Part shown: in pieces, positions 46,640 to 57,081 of the stretch
Layout: the number at the start of each line of letters is the position of its first letter
How positions within the stretch are numbered: the stretch's first letter is position 1
NCBI GenBank assembly: GCA_964404825.1
Contig: CAYOLQ010000007.1
Span: forward strand, 2,346-66,345
Source: an uncultured Chitinophaga sp.
GTDB taxonomy: Bacteria; Bacteroidota; Bacteroidia; Bacteroidales; GCA-2748055
DNA: 64,000 nt
Direction: 5' to 3'
The notes under the pieces: model-generated
The model's input: only the letters and a program-made list of their open reading frames with translations
The model's database searches: none
Told to the model about the DNA's origin: nothing
Position numbers and translations under genes: made by a program

Positions 46640-48826
46640 TTAATGTCCCATTTCTGTCATAAACTTGATTCGGATAAGACGAATATCTTCTTCCGAATAA
46701 TGTTCTTCACCCAGCTCTCTCAATGCATCATCAAGTGATTCGGTTTCTGCTTCCTCCCTGAAATAGCTGTAAATTTCTTCCTGTTTATCTTCATCCATAA
46801 CCTGGCTGATATAATAATCGAGATTCAGCCGTGTGCCGCTATTGATGATTGCTTCAATTTCGGTGAGCAATTCAGGCATTTCAATTCCTTTTGATTCAGC
46901 TATATCGTCGAGTGCAATTTTACGGTCAACACTCTGGATAATAAATACTTTTAACCCTGATTTATTTACCACGGATTTAACTACCATATCCTGAGGCCTG
47001 ATAATTTCTTTCTCCTCAACATAGGTACTTATGATCTTAAGGAACTCACTTCCATAACGCTGTGCCTTACCTGCTCCGACTCCTACACAGTTCTGCAATT
47101 CCTCCGGGGTTATGGGGTATTGAATGGACATATCTTCGAGTGAAGGGTCCTGGAAAATTACAAAAGGCGGAAGTTTGGATTCTTTAGCTATTTTTTTTCT
47201 GAGATCCTTAAGAATATTAAAAAGCTCTGTATCTACACCGCCACCTGATGAGCCGGGACCAGGTTCCACCTCGGTACTTTCCTCGTAATCGTGGTCCTGA
47301 GTCAGCATAAATGACTGGGGATCTTTAAGATACTCATGGCCTGCCTCGCTAAGATACAGAAGACCATAGTTTTCGATATCTTTCAAAACAAAACGGGCAA
47401 TTAGGGTTTGCCTGATGACACCATTCCAGAAACGGGTATCCTTGTCTTCTCCGATTCCGAATATTTCCAGTTTATGATGGCTATAAGCTTTAACACCTGA
47501 TGTTGCTTTTCCGGCAAGAACTTCAGCAACATGATCGGCTTTAAATTTTTCTTTTACTTCGAGTATAACATTGAGAGCGTTTACTACGTATTCCTGTCCT
47601 TCAAATTCTTCTTTCGGGTTAATGCAATTATCGCAGTTATCACAATTATCCACCATAACCTCTCCAAAATAATTAAGCAGTACTTTGGGCCGGCAAACAG
47701 CTGATTCGGCATATGCAACGGTTTCAAGAAGTAATTGCCTTCCGATTTCCTGTTCGGCAACGGGCTTTCCCTGCATGAATTTTTCAAGCTTCTGAATATC
47801 CTTGTAGCGGTAAAATGCTATACATCTTCCTTCGCCTCCGTCACGCCCGGCCCGGCCCGTTTCCTGATAATATCCCTCCAGACTTTTTGGCATATCATAA
47901 TGGATAACAAAGCGCACATCAGGCTTATCAATTCCCATTCCAAAAGCTATTGTTGCAACAATAACATCCACCTCTTCCATGAGAAACTTGTCCTGATTTT
48001 GTGTCCGGGTTGATGCATCCATACCAGCATGATATGGCAAGGATTTTATGCCGTTAACTTTAAGTGCCTCAGATAATTCTTCTACTTTTTTACGACTCAG
48101 ACAATAGATAATACCTGACTTACCTTTATTGTTAAGGATAAATTTTATAATTTCCTTGGTAGCATTAATTTTAGGTCTTACTTCATAATACAGATTGTGT
48201 CGCCTGAATGAGGATTTGAAAACATCGGCGTTAAGCATCTCCAGATTTTTCTGAATATCATGCTGCACTTTTGGAGTAGCTGTAGCAGTCAGGGCAATGA
48301 TGGGAGCATTACCAATTTTATTAATGATGGGACGAATTCGTCTGTACTCCGGTCTGAAATCGTGACCCCACTCAGAAATACAATGAGCCTCATCCACGGC
48401 ATAAAAGGAAATTTTTACTCCCTTCAGGAAATCAATATTTTCTTCCTTTGTCAGCGATTCGGGTGCAACATAAAGCAGTTTGGTAAGACCACTTGTTACA
48501 TCTTCTTTTACCTTGGCTATCTGTACTTTTGTAAGTGATGAATTAAGAAAATGCGCAACTCCGTCGCTGGTGCTGAAACTGCGCATCGAGTCCACCTGAT
48601 TTTTCATCAAAGCGATCAAAGGGGAAATAATAATAGCCGTTCCTTCCATGATTACAGCCGGAAGCTGATAGCATAAGGATTTCCCTCCGCCAGTCGGCAT
48701 AAGAACGAATGTATCGTTTCCATTCATCACATTCAGGATAATCTGTTCCTGAGCGTCCTTAAAATTATCAAACCCGAAATACTTCTTCAGGTATTCATGC
48801 AAATTTATATTTTCTGATTTGCCCAT
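46640..48826 (-). CDS. recQ: ATP-dependent DNA helicase RecQ
   Basis: 728 aa: MPTGGGKSLCYQLPA, DEAHCISEWGHDFRPEY, the RecQ zinc/C-terminal region (CDNCDNC) and an HRDC-like region (LFNILKDLRKKIAKESKLPPFVIF). Confidence 0.92.
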   Translation of the reverse strand: MGKSENINLHEYLKKYFGFDNFKDAQEQIILNVMNGNDTFVLMPTGGGKSLCYQLPAVIMEGTAIIISPLIALMKNQVDSMRSFSTSDGVAHFLNSSLTKVQIAKVKEDVTSGLTKLLYVAPESLTKEENIDFLKGVKISFYAVDEAHCISEWGHDFRPEYRRIRPIINKIGNAPIIALTATATPKVQHDIQKNLEMLNADVFKSSFRRHNLYYEVRPKINATKEIIKFILNNKGKSGIIYCLSRKKVEELSEALKVNGIKSLPYHAGMDASTRTQNQDKFLMEEVDVIVATIAFGMGIDKPDVRFVIHYDMPKSLEGYYQETGRAGRDGGEGRCIAFYRYKDIQKLEKFMQGKPVAEQEIGRQLLLETVAYAESAVCRPKVLLNYFGEVMVDNCDNCDNCINPKEEFEGQEYVVNALNVILEVKEKFKADHVAEVLAGKATSGVKAYSHHKLEIFGIGEDKDTRFWNGVIRQTLIARFVLKDIENYGLLYLSEAGHEYLKDPQSFMLTQDHDYEESTEVEPGPGSSGGGVDTELFNILKDLRKKIAKESKLPPFVIFQDPSLEDMSIQYPITPEELQNCVGVGAGKAQRYGSEFLKIISTYVEEKEIIRPQDMVVKSVVNKSGLKVFIIQSVDRKIALDDIAESKGIEMPELLTEIEAIINSGTRLNLDYYISQVMDEDKQEEIYSYFREEAETESLDDALRELGEEHYSEEDIRLIRIKFMTEMGH

Positions 48827-48876
48827 TTAACTGCCTCGATTTATTAAAAAAAAATAAAACACACTTACTCAAAAAA

Positions 48877-48884
48877 CAAAGATA
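48877..48884 (-). promoter_or_regulatory. Candidate -7 box (TATCTTTG on minus strand) for recQ
   Basis: The plus strand reads caaagata, 51 nt upstream of the recQ ATG (48826). Confidence 0.35.
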
Positions 48885-49175
48885 TATCTGGTTACCAGAC
48901 ATATAATTTGTTAAGCGGTTAGGGTAGGCTGACTACAACAATAATCGTAAAATTAAATTTAATGCTATTTTTTGCAATAAAAAAATAGTACCGGTAAAAA
49001 AATCTCTTTTTTAATTCCGGAAATTCATTCTTAAGGTTGGATTCAGACTCTAAAGATAGTCATTTTTCCTTATTATCACTGACTTATCAAAAACCCCCAT
49101 CAATAGAGGCTGAAATCACATATATTTTTATTTACTTTGCGCGGGAAATCTTTTTAAATAGAAGGAATACTTTAA

Positions 49176-50003
49176 ATGGTAAAAAAGAAAGACGATGAAA
49201 TGTCATTTCTCGATCATCTTGAGGAGTTGAGATGGCGGCTTATTCGATCTGTTTTAGCTATTGTAATTGGTGCGATAGTGGCTTTTGTTTTCAAGGATAT
49301 AATTTTCGGACAGGTTATTCTTGCCCCCAGAACACCCGAATTCTGGACTAACAGGGTGTTTTGCCAGTTAAGTAATTATTTTGATGTGCCCAGTCTTTGC
49401 ATAAATACCAATCCACTGGAAATCATCTCTGTGAAGATGGCGGGTCAGTTTAATATGCACATTCTTGTGAGTCTGGTTGTTGGACTTATTGTCGCATTTC
49501 CATATGTTTTTTATGAGTTCTGGAGTTTTATTGCGCCTGCTCTTAAATCAAAAGAAAGAAAGCATGCAAATGGAGCGATATTCTTCAGTTCATTTCTTTT
49601 TTTATTGGGAGTAGTTTTTGGTTTTTTTATGATTGTTCCGCTTACAGTTCATTTTCTTGGGAGTTACAGCGTTAGTGCGGATGTTACCAATAAAATCAAT
49701 CTGATATCTTATGTTTCGACCATTACCTCGGTAGTTTTTGCTTCGGGTGTGGTTTTCGAATTACCTGTAATTATTTTTTTCCTGACGAAAATCGGGATCG
49801 TTACACCTGATTTCCTGAAAAAGTATCGTAAACATTCCATAGTTGCGATTTTTATTCTTTCCGCAATAATAACACCTCCTGATATTTTTAGTCAGACACT
49901 GGTAGCAATACCTTTACTTATCCTTTATGAGGTTAGCATTCTTATTTCGATGCGGATTACCAGACAGAGGAAAAGAAAAGAAGCTGAAGAAAATAATTCC
50001 TGA
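49176..50003 (+). CDS. tatC: Twin-arginine translocase subunit TatC
   Basis: 275 aa: MSFLDHLEELRWRLI plus 6 TM helices. The ATG at 49200 is an alternative start. No tatA-like ORF was seen nearby. Confidence 0.88.
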   Translation: MVKKKDDEMSFLDHLEELRWRLIRSVLAIVIGAIVAFVFKDIIFGQVILAPRTPEFWTNRVFCQLSNYFDVPSLCINTNPLEIISVKMAGQFNMHILVSLVVGLIVAFPYVFYEFWSFIAPALKSKERKHANGAIFFSSFLFLLGVVFGFFMIVPLTVHFLGSYSVSADVTNKINLISYVSTITSVVFASGVVFELPVIIFFLTKIGIVTPDFLKKYRKHSIVAIFILSAIITPPDIFSQTLVAIPLLILYEVSILISMRITRQRKRKEAEENNS

Positions 50004-50024
50004 TCCAAAATATAAAAATCCGAA

Positions 50025-50747
50025 ATGAAACTTTATACCAGGAGTTTGGTCAAACGATATCGCTCCAGAACAGTAGTGAAAGGGGTGTCTATCGAGCTTA
50101 ATCAGGGAGAGATTGTAGGTTTGTTAGGTCCGAATGGTGCCGGCAAAACAACATCTTTTTATATGATTGTTGGCCTCATTACCCCGAATGAAGGTGAAAT
50201 TTTTATTGACGATCAGGATATTACCAAAGAACCTGTTTACAAAAGAGCACGAAGGGGGATCGGTTACCTGGCTCAGGAAGCATCTGTGTTCCGGAAACTA
50301 AGTGTTGAGGATAATATCAGAGCGGTACTGGAGCTTTCCGGAATGTCGAAGGAAGAGCAGAACGAAAGACTTGAATCACTTCTGAATGAATTCGGACTTA
50401 ACAAAATCAGAAAAAGTCTGGGTATTCAGCTTTCCGGTGGTGAACGGCGTCGTACCGAAATTGCCAGAGCCCTTTCTCTTAATCCTTATTTTATTTTGCT
50501 CGATGAGCCCTTTGCAGGTGTAGATCCTATTGCAGTTGAAGATATACAATCCATAATTTCACAGTTAAGCAAAAAGAATATCGGGATTTTGATAACTGAC
50601 CATAACGTACATGAAACCTTGTCTATCACTGACAGGGCATACTTACTCTTTGAAGGTGAGATACTTAAAGCAGGAACAGCCAAAGAACTTGCTGAAGATG
50701 AGGAAGTAAGAAGACTCTACTTAGGGAAAAATTTTGAATTGCGATAA
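50025..50747 (+). CDS. lptB: LPS export ABC transporter ATP-binding protein LptB
   Basis: 240 aa: [54 protein letters not shown] and [12 protein letters not shown]. Confidence 0.85.
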   Translation: MKLYTRSLVKRYRSRTVVKGVSIELNQGEIVGLLGPNGAGKTTSFYMIVGLITPNEGEIFIDDQDITKEPVYKRARRGIGYLAQEASVFRKLSVEDNIRAVLELSGMSKEEQNERLESLLNEFGLNKIRKSLGIQLSGGERRRTEIARALSLNPYFILLDEPFAGVDPIAVEDIQSIISQLSKKNIGILITDHNVHETLSITDRAYLLFEGEILKAGTAKELAEDEEVRRLYLGKNFELR

Positions 50748-50762
50748 TTATTAAAATTTAAG

Positions 50763-50770
50763 TACCTTTG
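50763..50770 (+). promoter_or_regulatory. Candidate -7 box (TACCTTTG) for tRNA-Leu
   Basis: Exact TAnnTTTG ending 13 nt before the first tRNA nucleotide. Confidence 0.5.
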
Positions 50771-50783
50771 CCAAAATTTTTTC

Positions 50784-50865
50784 GCGGGTGTGGCGGAATT
50801 GGTAGACGCGCCAGACTTAGGATCTGGTACCGCAAGGTGTGGGGGTTCGAGTCCCTTCATCCGCA
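50784..50865 (+). tRNA. tRNA-Leu (anticodon TAG), CCA not encoded
   Basis: Hand-folded cloverleaf of 82 nt. The acceptor stem is gcgggtg/catccgc (one G-U) and the D-arm is gcg-gaattggtaga-cgc. The anticodon stem is ccaga/tctgg with loop cTTAGga. It also has a long variable arm (taccgcaaggtgt), T-arm ggggg-ttcgagt-ccctt and discriminator A. Confidence 0.85.
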
Positions 50866-50871
50866 CTTGAT

Positions 50872-50921
50872 AAAACCGCTGATGATTCCTGTTGAAATGA
50901 CGGTGATATCATGCGGTTTTT
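50872..50921 (+). terminator. Rho-independent terminator after tRNA-Leu
   Basis: aaaaccgc-tgatg (50872-50884) pairs with tatca-t-gcggtttt (50907-50920) with one bulge, followed by a T-run through 50921. Confidence 0.6.
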
Positions 50922-50971
50922 AAGATTTTATCAGGATGAGTTTTAGCTAACAATTTGAAAATTGAATCAGG

Positions 50972-52324
50972 ATGAACATTACAAATCAAAAAGTTGACAA
51001 TCTAAATGCAGTAGTAACCATCAAAGTTGTACCTGAAGACTATCAGGCTAAGGTTGATGAGGTATTGAAAGATTATAAAAAGAAAGCGAAAATAGACGGA
51101 TTTCGCCCCGGTATGGTACCCATGGGCTTAGTTAAGAAGCTCTATTACAGACCTGTACTTGCTGAAGAAATCAATAAGCTCATTTCCGAAAATCTTATGA
51201 ATTATATCAGGGATGAGAAGATCAAAATTCTTGGAGAACCCTTGCCCCATAAGGATGATACTAAGGTAATCGACTTTGATAATGATACTGATTTTGAATT
51301 TTCTTTCGATATTGGTATGTATGAAGATTTTTCACTTAACATTTCGGAAAAGGATAAGGTAACTTATTACACAATTAAGGTTGAGGATTCTGTGGTAAAT
51401 GAATATTCCGATAATGTTACCAAACGTTTTGGCGACTTTAAGCCGGTTGAGAAAGCAGGCTCCGATGAACTCATCAAAGGTAACCTTAAACAGCTTGATG
51501 CTGAAGGCGGCACTCTTGAGAATGGAATTATAGCAGATAATATCAGCATGTCTCTGGATATGATGAAGGACGATTCTGTTAAGAAACTTTTCAAAGGAAA
51601 AATGGCCGGAGACAGTGTTGTTTTTGACATCAGAAAAGCATATCCCAGTGATGTTGAATTAAGCTCTCTTCTGAGGATTGACAAGGAACTACTGGCTTCT
51701 GTCCAGGGTCCGTTCAGAATTGAAATTGCAGAAATCCTGGAGTTTAAAAAACATGAGCTTAACCAGGAACTATTCGATAAGGTTTATGGCGAAAATGTTG
51801 TTACATCGGAAAAGGAATTCCATGACAAACTCATTGAAGAGCTAAAGGCTAATTATGAAAGGGAATCGAATTACAAATTTGCTATTGACGCAAAGGATTA
51901 TCTTATAAATAAAGCTAAACCGGCCTTACCTCTTGACTTTCTGAAAAGATGGATTCTAGAGGCCAACGAGAAGATGACCGCTGAAATGCTGGATAAGGAA
52001 TTCGCAGATTATGAAAAGGAATTCCAGTGGCAATTAATAAAAGATCAGATGGTTCGTGAGAATGAGATTAAGGTTACTGAAGAAGAACTCCTCGATTTTT
52101 CTGTTGCCCTGGCTAAAAACCAGTTTTATCAGTACGGGCTCTATAATGTTCCCGAAGAACATATTATTCAGTATGCAAAAGAGCAGCTTGGAAAAAAAGA
52201 AGAGGCCCGCAGGCTGTATGAACAGAAATTCGAAGACAAAATCTATACATTTATGAAAGAAAAGGTGAAACTGGATAAAAAGGAGATTTCTGCAGAGAAA
52301 TTTAAAAGCCTGTTTGAAAAGTAG
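50972..52324 (+). CDS. tig: Trigger factor
   Basis: 450 aa. The N-terminal ribosome-binding region includes IDGFRPGMVPMGLVKKLY. The three-domain length and the position upstream of clpP-clpX also fit. Confidence 0.88.
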   Translation: MNITNQKVDNLNAVVTIKVVPEDYQAKVDEVLKDYKKKAKIDGFRPGMVPMGLVKKLYYRPVLAEEINKLISENLMNYIRDEKIKILGEPLPHKDDTKVIDFDNDTDFEFSFDIGMYEDFSLNISEKDKVTYYTIKVEDSVVNEYSDNVTKRFGDFKPVEKAGSDELIKGNLKQLDAEGGTLENGIIADNISMSLDMMKDDSVKKLFKGKMAGDSVVFDIRKAYPSDVELSSLLRIDKELLASVQGPFRIEIAEILEFKKHELNQELFDKVYGENVVTSEKEFHDKLIEELKANYERESNYKFAIDAKDYLINKAKPALPLDFLKRWILEANEKMTAEMLDKEFADYEKEFQWQLIKDQMVRENEIKVTEEELLDFSVALAKNQFYQYGLYNVPEEHIIQYAKEQLGKKEEARRLYEQKFEDKIYTFMKEKVKLDKKEISAEKFKSLFEK

Positions 52325-52462
52325 AAAACCATCAAAATGCCACAGATTAAAGCTGTGCTCCTGAGTCCGATACTTTACGTCCGCAGTTATAATTGGTAAA
52401 TAGCAGATAATTCTGCGAATCTGTAGCAAATTTCCTAAGTTTACACCAAAAAATCATTTACT

Positions 52463-53146
52463 ATGAATCCAAAAGACGATTTCCGGAAATATGCAACAAA
52501 GCATATAGGCATCAGTAGTCAGAATCTCGATCGCTTTACTTCCGTTTACGACAGCTATATTTCACCTACAATTATCGAAGAGCGTCAGCTTAATATAGCT
52601 ACTATGGATGTTTTCTCAAGACTCATGATGGATCGCATCATTTTCCTGGGAACTCCGATTGATGATTACGTGGCTAATATTATTCAGGCACAGCTTCTTT
52701 ATCTCGAATCAGCCGATCCCTCTAAAGACATACAAATATATTTTAATACTCCCGGAGGAGGAGTACATGCCGGACTTGGTATATACGATACCATGCAATA
52801 TATTTCTTCCGATGTTGCAACCATTTGTACCGGTATGGCAGCTTCTATGGGTGCTGTTCTGCTTTGTGCAGGCACCAAAGGCAAACGTTCAGCACTGAAA
52901 CATTCACGTGTTATGATACATCAGCCTATGGGAGGCACACAGGGTCAGGCTTCCGATATTGAAATCACAACACGGGAAATATTAAAACTAAAAAAGGAAC
53001 TCTATCAGATTATTGCAGATCATTCCGGAAATCCATTTAAAAAAGTGGAAAAAGATTCTGACCGTGACTACTGGATGACAGCTGATGAAGCAAAAACGTA
53101 CGGAATGATCGATGAGGTTCTAATAAGGAATGCTCCCAAAAAGTGA
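52463..53146 (+). CDS. clpP: ATP-dependent Clp protease proteolytic subunit
   Basis: 227 aa: INTPGGGV-type region ([16 protein letters not shown]), catalytic Ser in [11 protein letters not shown], His in MIHQPMGG and Asp in DRDYWM. Confidence 0.93.
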   Translation: MNPKDDFRKYATKHIGISSQNLDRFTSVYDSYISPTIIEERQLNIATMDVFSRLMMDRIIFLGTPIDDYVANIIQAQLLYLESADPSKDIQIYFNTPGGGVHAGLGIYDTMQYISSDVATICTGMAASMGAVLLCAGTKGKRSALKHSRVMIHQPMGGTQGQASDIEITTREILKLKKELYQIIADHSGNPFKKVEKDSDRDYWMTADEAKTYGMIDEVLIRNAPKK

Positions 53147-53163
53147 CAAAAACAAATAGTAAA

Positions 53164-54387
53164 ATGGACCGATGCTCTTTTTGCGGTAGGGAAAAGAAGG
53201 ATACCAACCTGCTTATTGCAGGTATATCGGGACACATATGCGACCGCTGTATTGATCAGGCATATACAATTGTGCAGGAAGAAATCGGGAAAAAAGGGGA
53301 TTTTAATCTTGATTTGGTTAAACTTCTTAAACCTGCCGAAATTAAAAATTTCCTCGACCTTTATGTTATTGGTCAGGATGAGGCGAAAAAATACCTTGCA
53401 GTTGCTGTTTATAATCACTACAAGCGCCTGATGCAGACAAATACCAAAGAGGATGTTGATGTAGAGATTGAAAAGTCAAATATCATTCTGGTTGGTGAAA
53501 CAGGTACCGGCAAAACACTTCTCGCCCGTACAATTGCAAAAATGCTTCATGTTCCCTTTACTATTGTTGATGCAACTGTTCTTACTGAAGCTGGCTATGT
53601 TGGTGAGGATATTGAAAGCATTTTAACAAGACTTTTGCAGGTTGCAGACTATAATGTTGATGCTGCTGAAAAAGGAATTGTGTTTATTGATGAAATCGAT
53701 AAAATTGCCAGGAAGGGAGATAACCCCAGCATCACCCGCGATGTATCCGGTGAAGGCGTTCAACAGGGACTTCTGAAACTTCTGGAAGGTTCGGTTGTTA
53801 ATGTGCCTCCCCAGGGTGGACGAAAACATCCCGACCAGAAGATGATTCCGGTTAATACAAAAAATATTCTTTTTATCTGTGGGGGAGCATTCGACGGTAT
53901 TAACAGAAAAATTGGTCAACGATTGAATACACAGGTGGTTGGTTATACCGCCAGTAAAGCAAAAGACCATATTGACCGCGATAATCTCCTTCAGTATATA
54001 GCACCTCAGGACTTAAAGGCATTCGGATTAATTCCTGAAATTATTGGCAGATTACCAATTCTTACCTACCTGAATCCTTTGGATCGGATTACTTTGAGGC
54101 GCATTCTTACTGAGCCAAGAAATGCTATCATAAAACAATATGAAAAATTGTTTCATATGGATGGTATAACTCTCAGCTGGGATGAACAGGTTCTCGATTA
54201 CATAGTTGATAAAGCTATAGAATTTAAACTCGGAGCACGCGGACTTCGTTCAATTTGCGAGGTAATCATTATTGATGCAATGTTTGATCTCCCTTCCAAA
54301 AATGAAAAAGAAGTAAATATCGGACTTGGATACGCAAAGGAGAAGCTCGAGAAGGCAAATATTCAAAGGCTAAAGATGACCGGGTGA
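53164..54387 (+). CDS. clpX: ATP-dependent Clp protease ATP-binding subunit ClpX
   Basis: Zinc-binding N-terminus CSFCGR...CDRC, Walker [12 protein letters not shown], Walker B FIDEIDK and the pore loop GYVGED. The tracked start at 53143 is a GTG overlapping the clpP stop, so the ATG at 53164 is preferred. Confidence 0.93.
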   Translation: MDRCSFCGREKKDTNLLIAGISGHICDRCIDQAYTIVQEEIGKKGDFNLDLVKLLKPAEIKNFLDLYVIGQDEAKKYLAVAVYNHYKRLMQTNTKEDVDVEIEKSNIILVGETGTGKTLLARTIAKMLHVPFTIVDATVLTEAGYVGEDIESILTRLLQVADYNVDAAEKGIVFIDEIDKIARKGDNPSITRDVSGEGVQQGLLKLLEGSVVNVPPQGGRKHPDQKMIPVNTKNILFICGGAFDGINRKIGQRLNTQVVGYTASKAKDHIDRDNLLQYIAPQDLKAFGLIPEIIGRLPILTYLNPLDRITLRRILTEPRNAIIKQYEKLFHMDGITLSWDEQVLDYIVDKAIEFKLGARGLRSICEVIIIDAMFDLPSKNEKEVNIGLGYAKEKLEKANIQRLKMTG

Positions 54388-54479
54388 GGTATTAAAGAGT
54401 ATTTGAATATTATGTTTCATTGCACTTTCTGTTCCGGTTCGCATTTTTGAAGTATTTTCAAAGTTTACCTTGTTCGATA

Positions 54480-55409
54480 ATGAAACCTAAACTTAGTCTG
54501 GTTTATCTCAGTCTTATCCTGGCGATGCTTTTGTGGGGATATACTTTTGTAGCCTTCAAATTTGCTTTGGAATCTTTTGGGCCTATCAGCATAATCTTTT
54601 TAAGACTTATTATCTCAGTTGTATTTCTCTTCGGTATTTCTTTAATAATGGGTAAGCTGCAGCCTATAAGAAAAAGCGATTATAAGTTTTTTGTCCTGCT
54701 TGCTTTTTTTGAACCATTTCTTTATTTTCTGGGGGAGAGTTTCGGATTAACCTACGTTTCCTCTACTATGGGTTCTGTGATCATCGCGATTATCCCTCTA
54801 ATTGTACCAATTGCTGCATATTTCATTTACCGTGAACGTCTCACTATCCTTAACTGGATTGGTCTTGTGGTTTCCTTTATAGGAGTAATTGCTGTAGTTT
54901 TTGCAAGCGACGTGGAAATAGTTGCCCGTCTGAAAGGGGTTTTACTTTTGTTTCTGGCGGTTTTATCTGCGGTTGGATATTCCCTTACTGTTAAGGGACT
55001 TTCGCACAAATATAACGGTTTTACCATTACAGCCTATCAGAATGCTCTGGGATTAGTGATGTTCCTTCCATTATTTCTCTGGTTTGATGCAGGAAGTATT
55101 CTGAGTCTCAAGCCAACAACAGCAGCATGGACTTCTTTATTATATCTGGGGATTTTCGGATCTTCACTGACTTTTGTTTTATTCACTTTTTCAATCAGGG
55201 AAATTGGAGCTTCCAGAGCGAATATTTTTACTAACCTTATTCCCGTTTTTACAGCTATTCTTTCGTATTTCCTTCTCAAAGAAGCAATGCCGGGACTAAA
55301 GGTTGCCGGTATTTTCATCGTTCTTATCGGAGTATTCTTATCGCAGGTACAGTCCATAAAACTCAGAAAGCAAAAAATACCTCCCGTTAATTATCAGTTT
55401 CCCGCATAA
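54480..55409 (+). CDS. DMT-superfamily (EamA-like) transporter
   Basis: It has 10 TM helices in two EamA-like halves. The tracked start at 54420 is a TTG, so the ATG at 54480 (MKPKLSLVYLSLILAML) is preferred. Confidence 0.7.
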   Translation: MKPKLSLVYLSLILAMLLWGYTFVAFKFALESFGPISIIFLRLIISVVFLFGISLIMGKLQPIRKSDYKFFVLLAFFEPFLYFLGESFGLTYVSSTMGSVIIAIIPLIVPIAAYFIYRERLTILNWIGLVVSFIGVIAVVFASDVEIVARLKGVLLLFLAVLSAVGYSLTVKGLSHKYNGFTITAYQNALGLVMFLPLFLWFDAGSILSLKPTTAAWTSLLYLGIFGSSLTFVLFTFSIREIGASRANIFTNLIPVFTAILSYFLLKEAMPGLKVAGIFIVLIGVFLSQVQSIKLRKQKIPPVNYQFPA

Positions 55410-55418
55410 TTCATTCTT

Positions 55419-55922
55419 ATGGCATATTCCGCAAGTGACATAGAAAGAAAAGCTTTTGAGGATGATAAAGCCAACAGGCAACTAATAAAAAGTTTAAAAA
55501 AGAAGTATCCCCGCAATCTCGATGAGATAGTTCATGACGCACATTTCCGCGCATTTGAAAAAATTGATTGTCTGTCTTGCGCAAATTGTTGCAGGTCACT
55601 TGGACCAAGGCTAATTGATAAAGATATTGAAAGACTATCGAAATACCTGAAGATGAAATCTTCTCTTGTAATTCAAAACTGGCTGAGAATTGATGAAGAT
55701 GGAGATTATGTTTTCAGGGAAATGCCTTGTCCTTTTCTCGAAGCGGATAACCGGTGTAAGGTATATGAAAACAGGCCAAAGGCATGCAGAGAATATCCTC
55801 ATACCGACAGGAAAAAATTTCACCAATTGCTCGATCTGACTCTTAAAAACAGCTATGTTTGTCCCGCTGTAAATGAAATTTTTGGCGAACTCCATATCCT
55901 GAAATCAGCAGGAAAACTATAG
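55419..55922 (+). CDS. YkgJ-family cysteine-cluster protein
   Basis: 167 aa with the CxxCxxCC motif (CLSCANCC) and a second cluster (CPFLEADNRCKVYENRPKACREYP). Confidence 0.75.
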   Translation: MAYSASDIERKAFEDDKANRQLIKSLKKKYPRNLDEIVHDAHFRAFEKIDCLSCANCCRSLGPRLIDKDIERLSKYLKMKSSLVIQNWLRIDEDGDYVFREMPCPFLEADNRCKVYENRPKACREYPHTDRKKFHQLLDLTLKNSYVCPAVNEIFGELHILKSAGKL

Positions 55923-55936
55923 CTAAAACCACCAGT

Positions 55937-56992
55937 ATGAAGTATTTCTTCATCGTTCAGGGAGTAGGAATGGGGCACACAACCCAGTCTCTGGCATTGC
56001 GGTTCATGCTTGAGAAAAATGGTCATGAAGTGGTTAATAGTTTTATAGGAACCAACGTTTTCTCCGGTAAAAATCCCTTTTACAAGTCTTTACATCATGA
56101 AAGTTTTTTTAGTCCGGTACTGTTGAACAGAACAAACAAAAAGGGAATTAACCTGTTTACCAGCTTTTGTTTCAACTTAATTATATCACCCGTTTACCTT
56201 TTTTCCATATTCAGAATTGCATACAGGATCAGAACATCAGATGCAAATGCCGTTATTGTTTTTTATGATTTCATTGGACAACTGGGATCATTCTTATCTT
56301 TCTCACGAAAACCTGTTTATTCTGTTTCTCATCATTTTTTCTTCAGACATCCGGTTTTCACCTGGCCCGAAAAACGGAAAGCAGAACGGTGGTTACTCAA
56401 AATTCATTCCCGGCTGGCATCGCTAGGCGCAAGGAAAATACTGGCTCTCTCTTTTACAAGCGAAGAATCCATCCCTTCAGAAAAAATTGTGGTTGTACCA
56501 CCTCTATTAAGACCGGAAATTCTTTATGCTGAGGCAGTTTCAGGTGATCATGTTCATGTTTATTGTTTGCATTCCGGATTTTTGGATATAATTGTAAGTT
56601 TGGCTATACGAACTCCCCAAAAAAAATTTAAAGTGTTTCTGCACGAACAGGATAGTAAAACTGAAATTCCAAAAAATATTGATGTTTTATTAATTTCAGG
56701 GGAGGAGTTTATTGAGTCCTTAAGAACATGTGGAACGGTAATATGTACTGCCGGATTTGAGACTCCGTCCGAAGCAGTTTATCTGAACAAAGCTCTTATC
56801 CTTATCCCTTCAGAAGCCCATTTTGAGCAATATTGCAATGCTCTGGATGCAACCAGGGCGAAGGCTGCAGCGTTTCGGGAACCATTTATTCTTAATGAAC
56901 TTCCCGGTTATAAAAATAATCCTGCACATTTTCCGTTTATCACATGGATTGGTTCGGCCGAAAAAACATTTCTTAAAATTTTAACCGAATGA
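55937..56992 (+). CDS. GT-B glycosyltransferase, MJ1255/TIGR00661-like (GT1/GT28-related)
   Basis: 351 aa. The N-terminus MKYFFIVQGVGMGHTTQSLAL fits the G-x-G-H loop typical of this family. The C-terminal GFETPSEAVYLNKALILIP fits the donor-binding half. Confidence 0.55.
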   Translation: MKYFFIVQGVGMGHTTQSLALRFMLEKNGHEVVNSFIGTNVFSGKNPFYKSLHHESFFSPVLLNRTNKKGINLFTSFCFNLIISPVYLFSIFRIAYRIRTSDANAVIVFYDFIGQLGSFLSFSRKPVYSVSHHFFFRHPVFTWPEKRKAERWLLKIHSRLASLGARKILALSFTSEESIPSEKIVVVPPLLRPEILYAEAVSGDHVHVYCLHSGFLDIIVSLAIRTPQKKFKVFLHEQDSKTEIPKNIDVLLISGEEFIESLRTCGTVICTAGFETPSEAVYLNKALILIPSEAHFEQYCNALDATRAKAAAFREPFILNELPGYKNNPAHFPFITWIGSAEKTFLKILTE

Positions 56993-57081
56993 ACAGCTTG
57001 TGAACCAGGTTGTTTTTTAGTATGTTTAAACATTGGAATTTGACCGGATTTACTATCTGAAAAATTTGCAGGTACGTTTAC

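Noticed and set aside
48827-49175. 350-nt recQ/tatC divergent spacer searched for a tatA gene or structured RNA
   Set aside because: No small ORF with a TatA-like TM helix plus amphipathic helix is present. I found only A/T-only hairpins (ctatttttt/aaaaaatag) and an imperfect palindrome around ggttacc (48885-48905), which are not convincing.
50784-50971. tRNA-Leu as an integration hotspot for a mobile element
   Set aside because: The downstream genes are core tig-clpP-clpX. There is no integrase, no direct repeat of the tRNA 3' end, and no visible compositional change.
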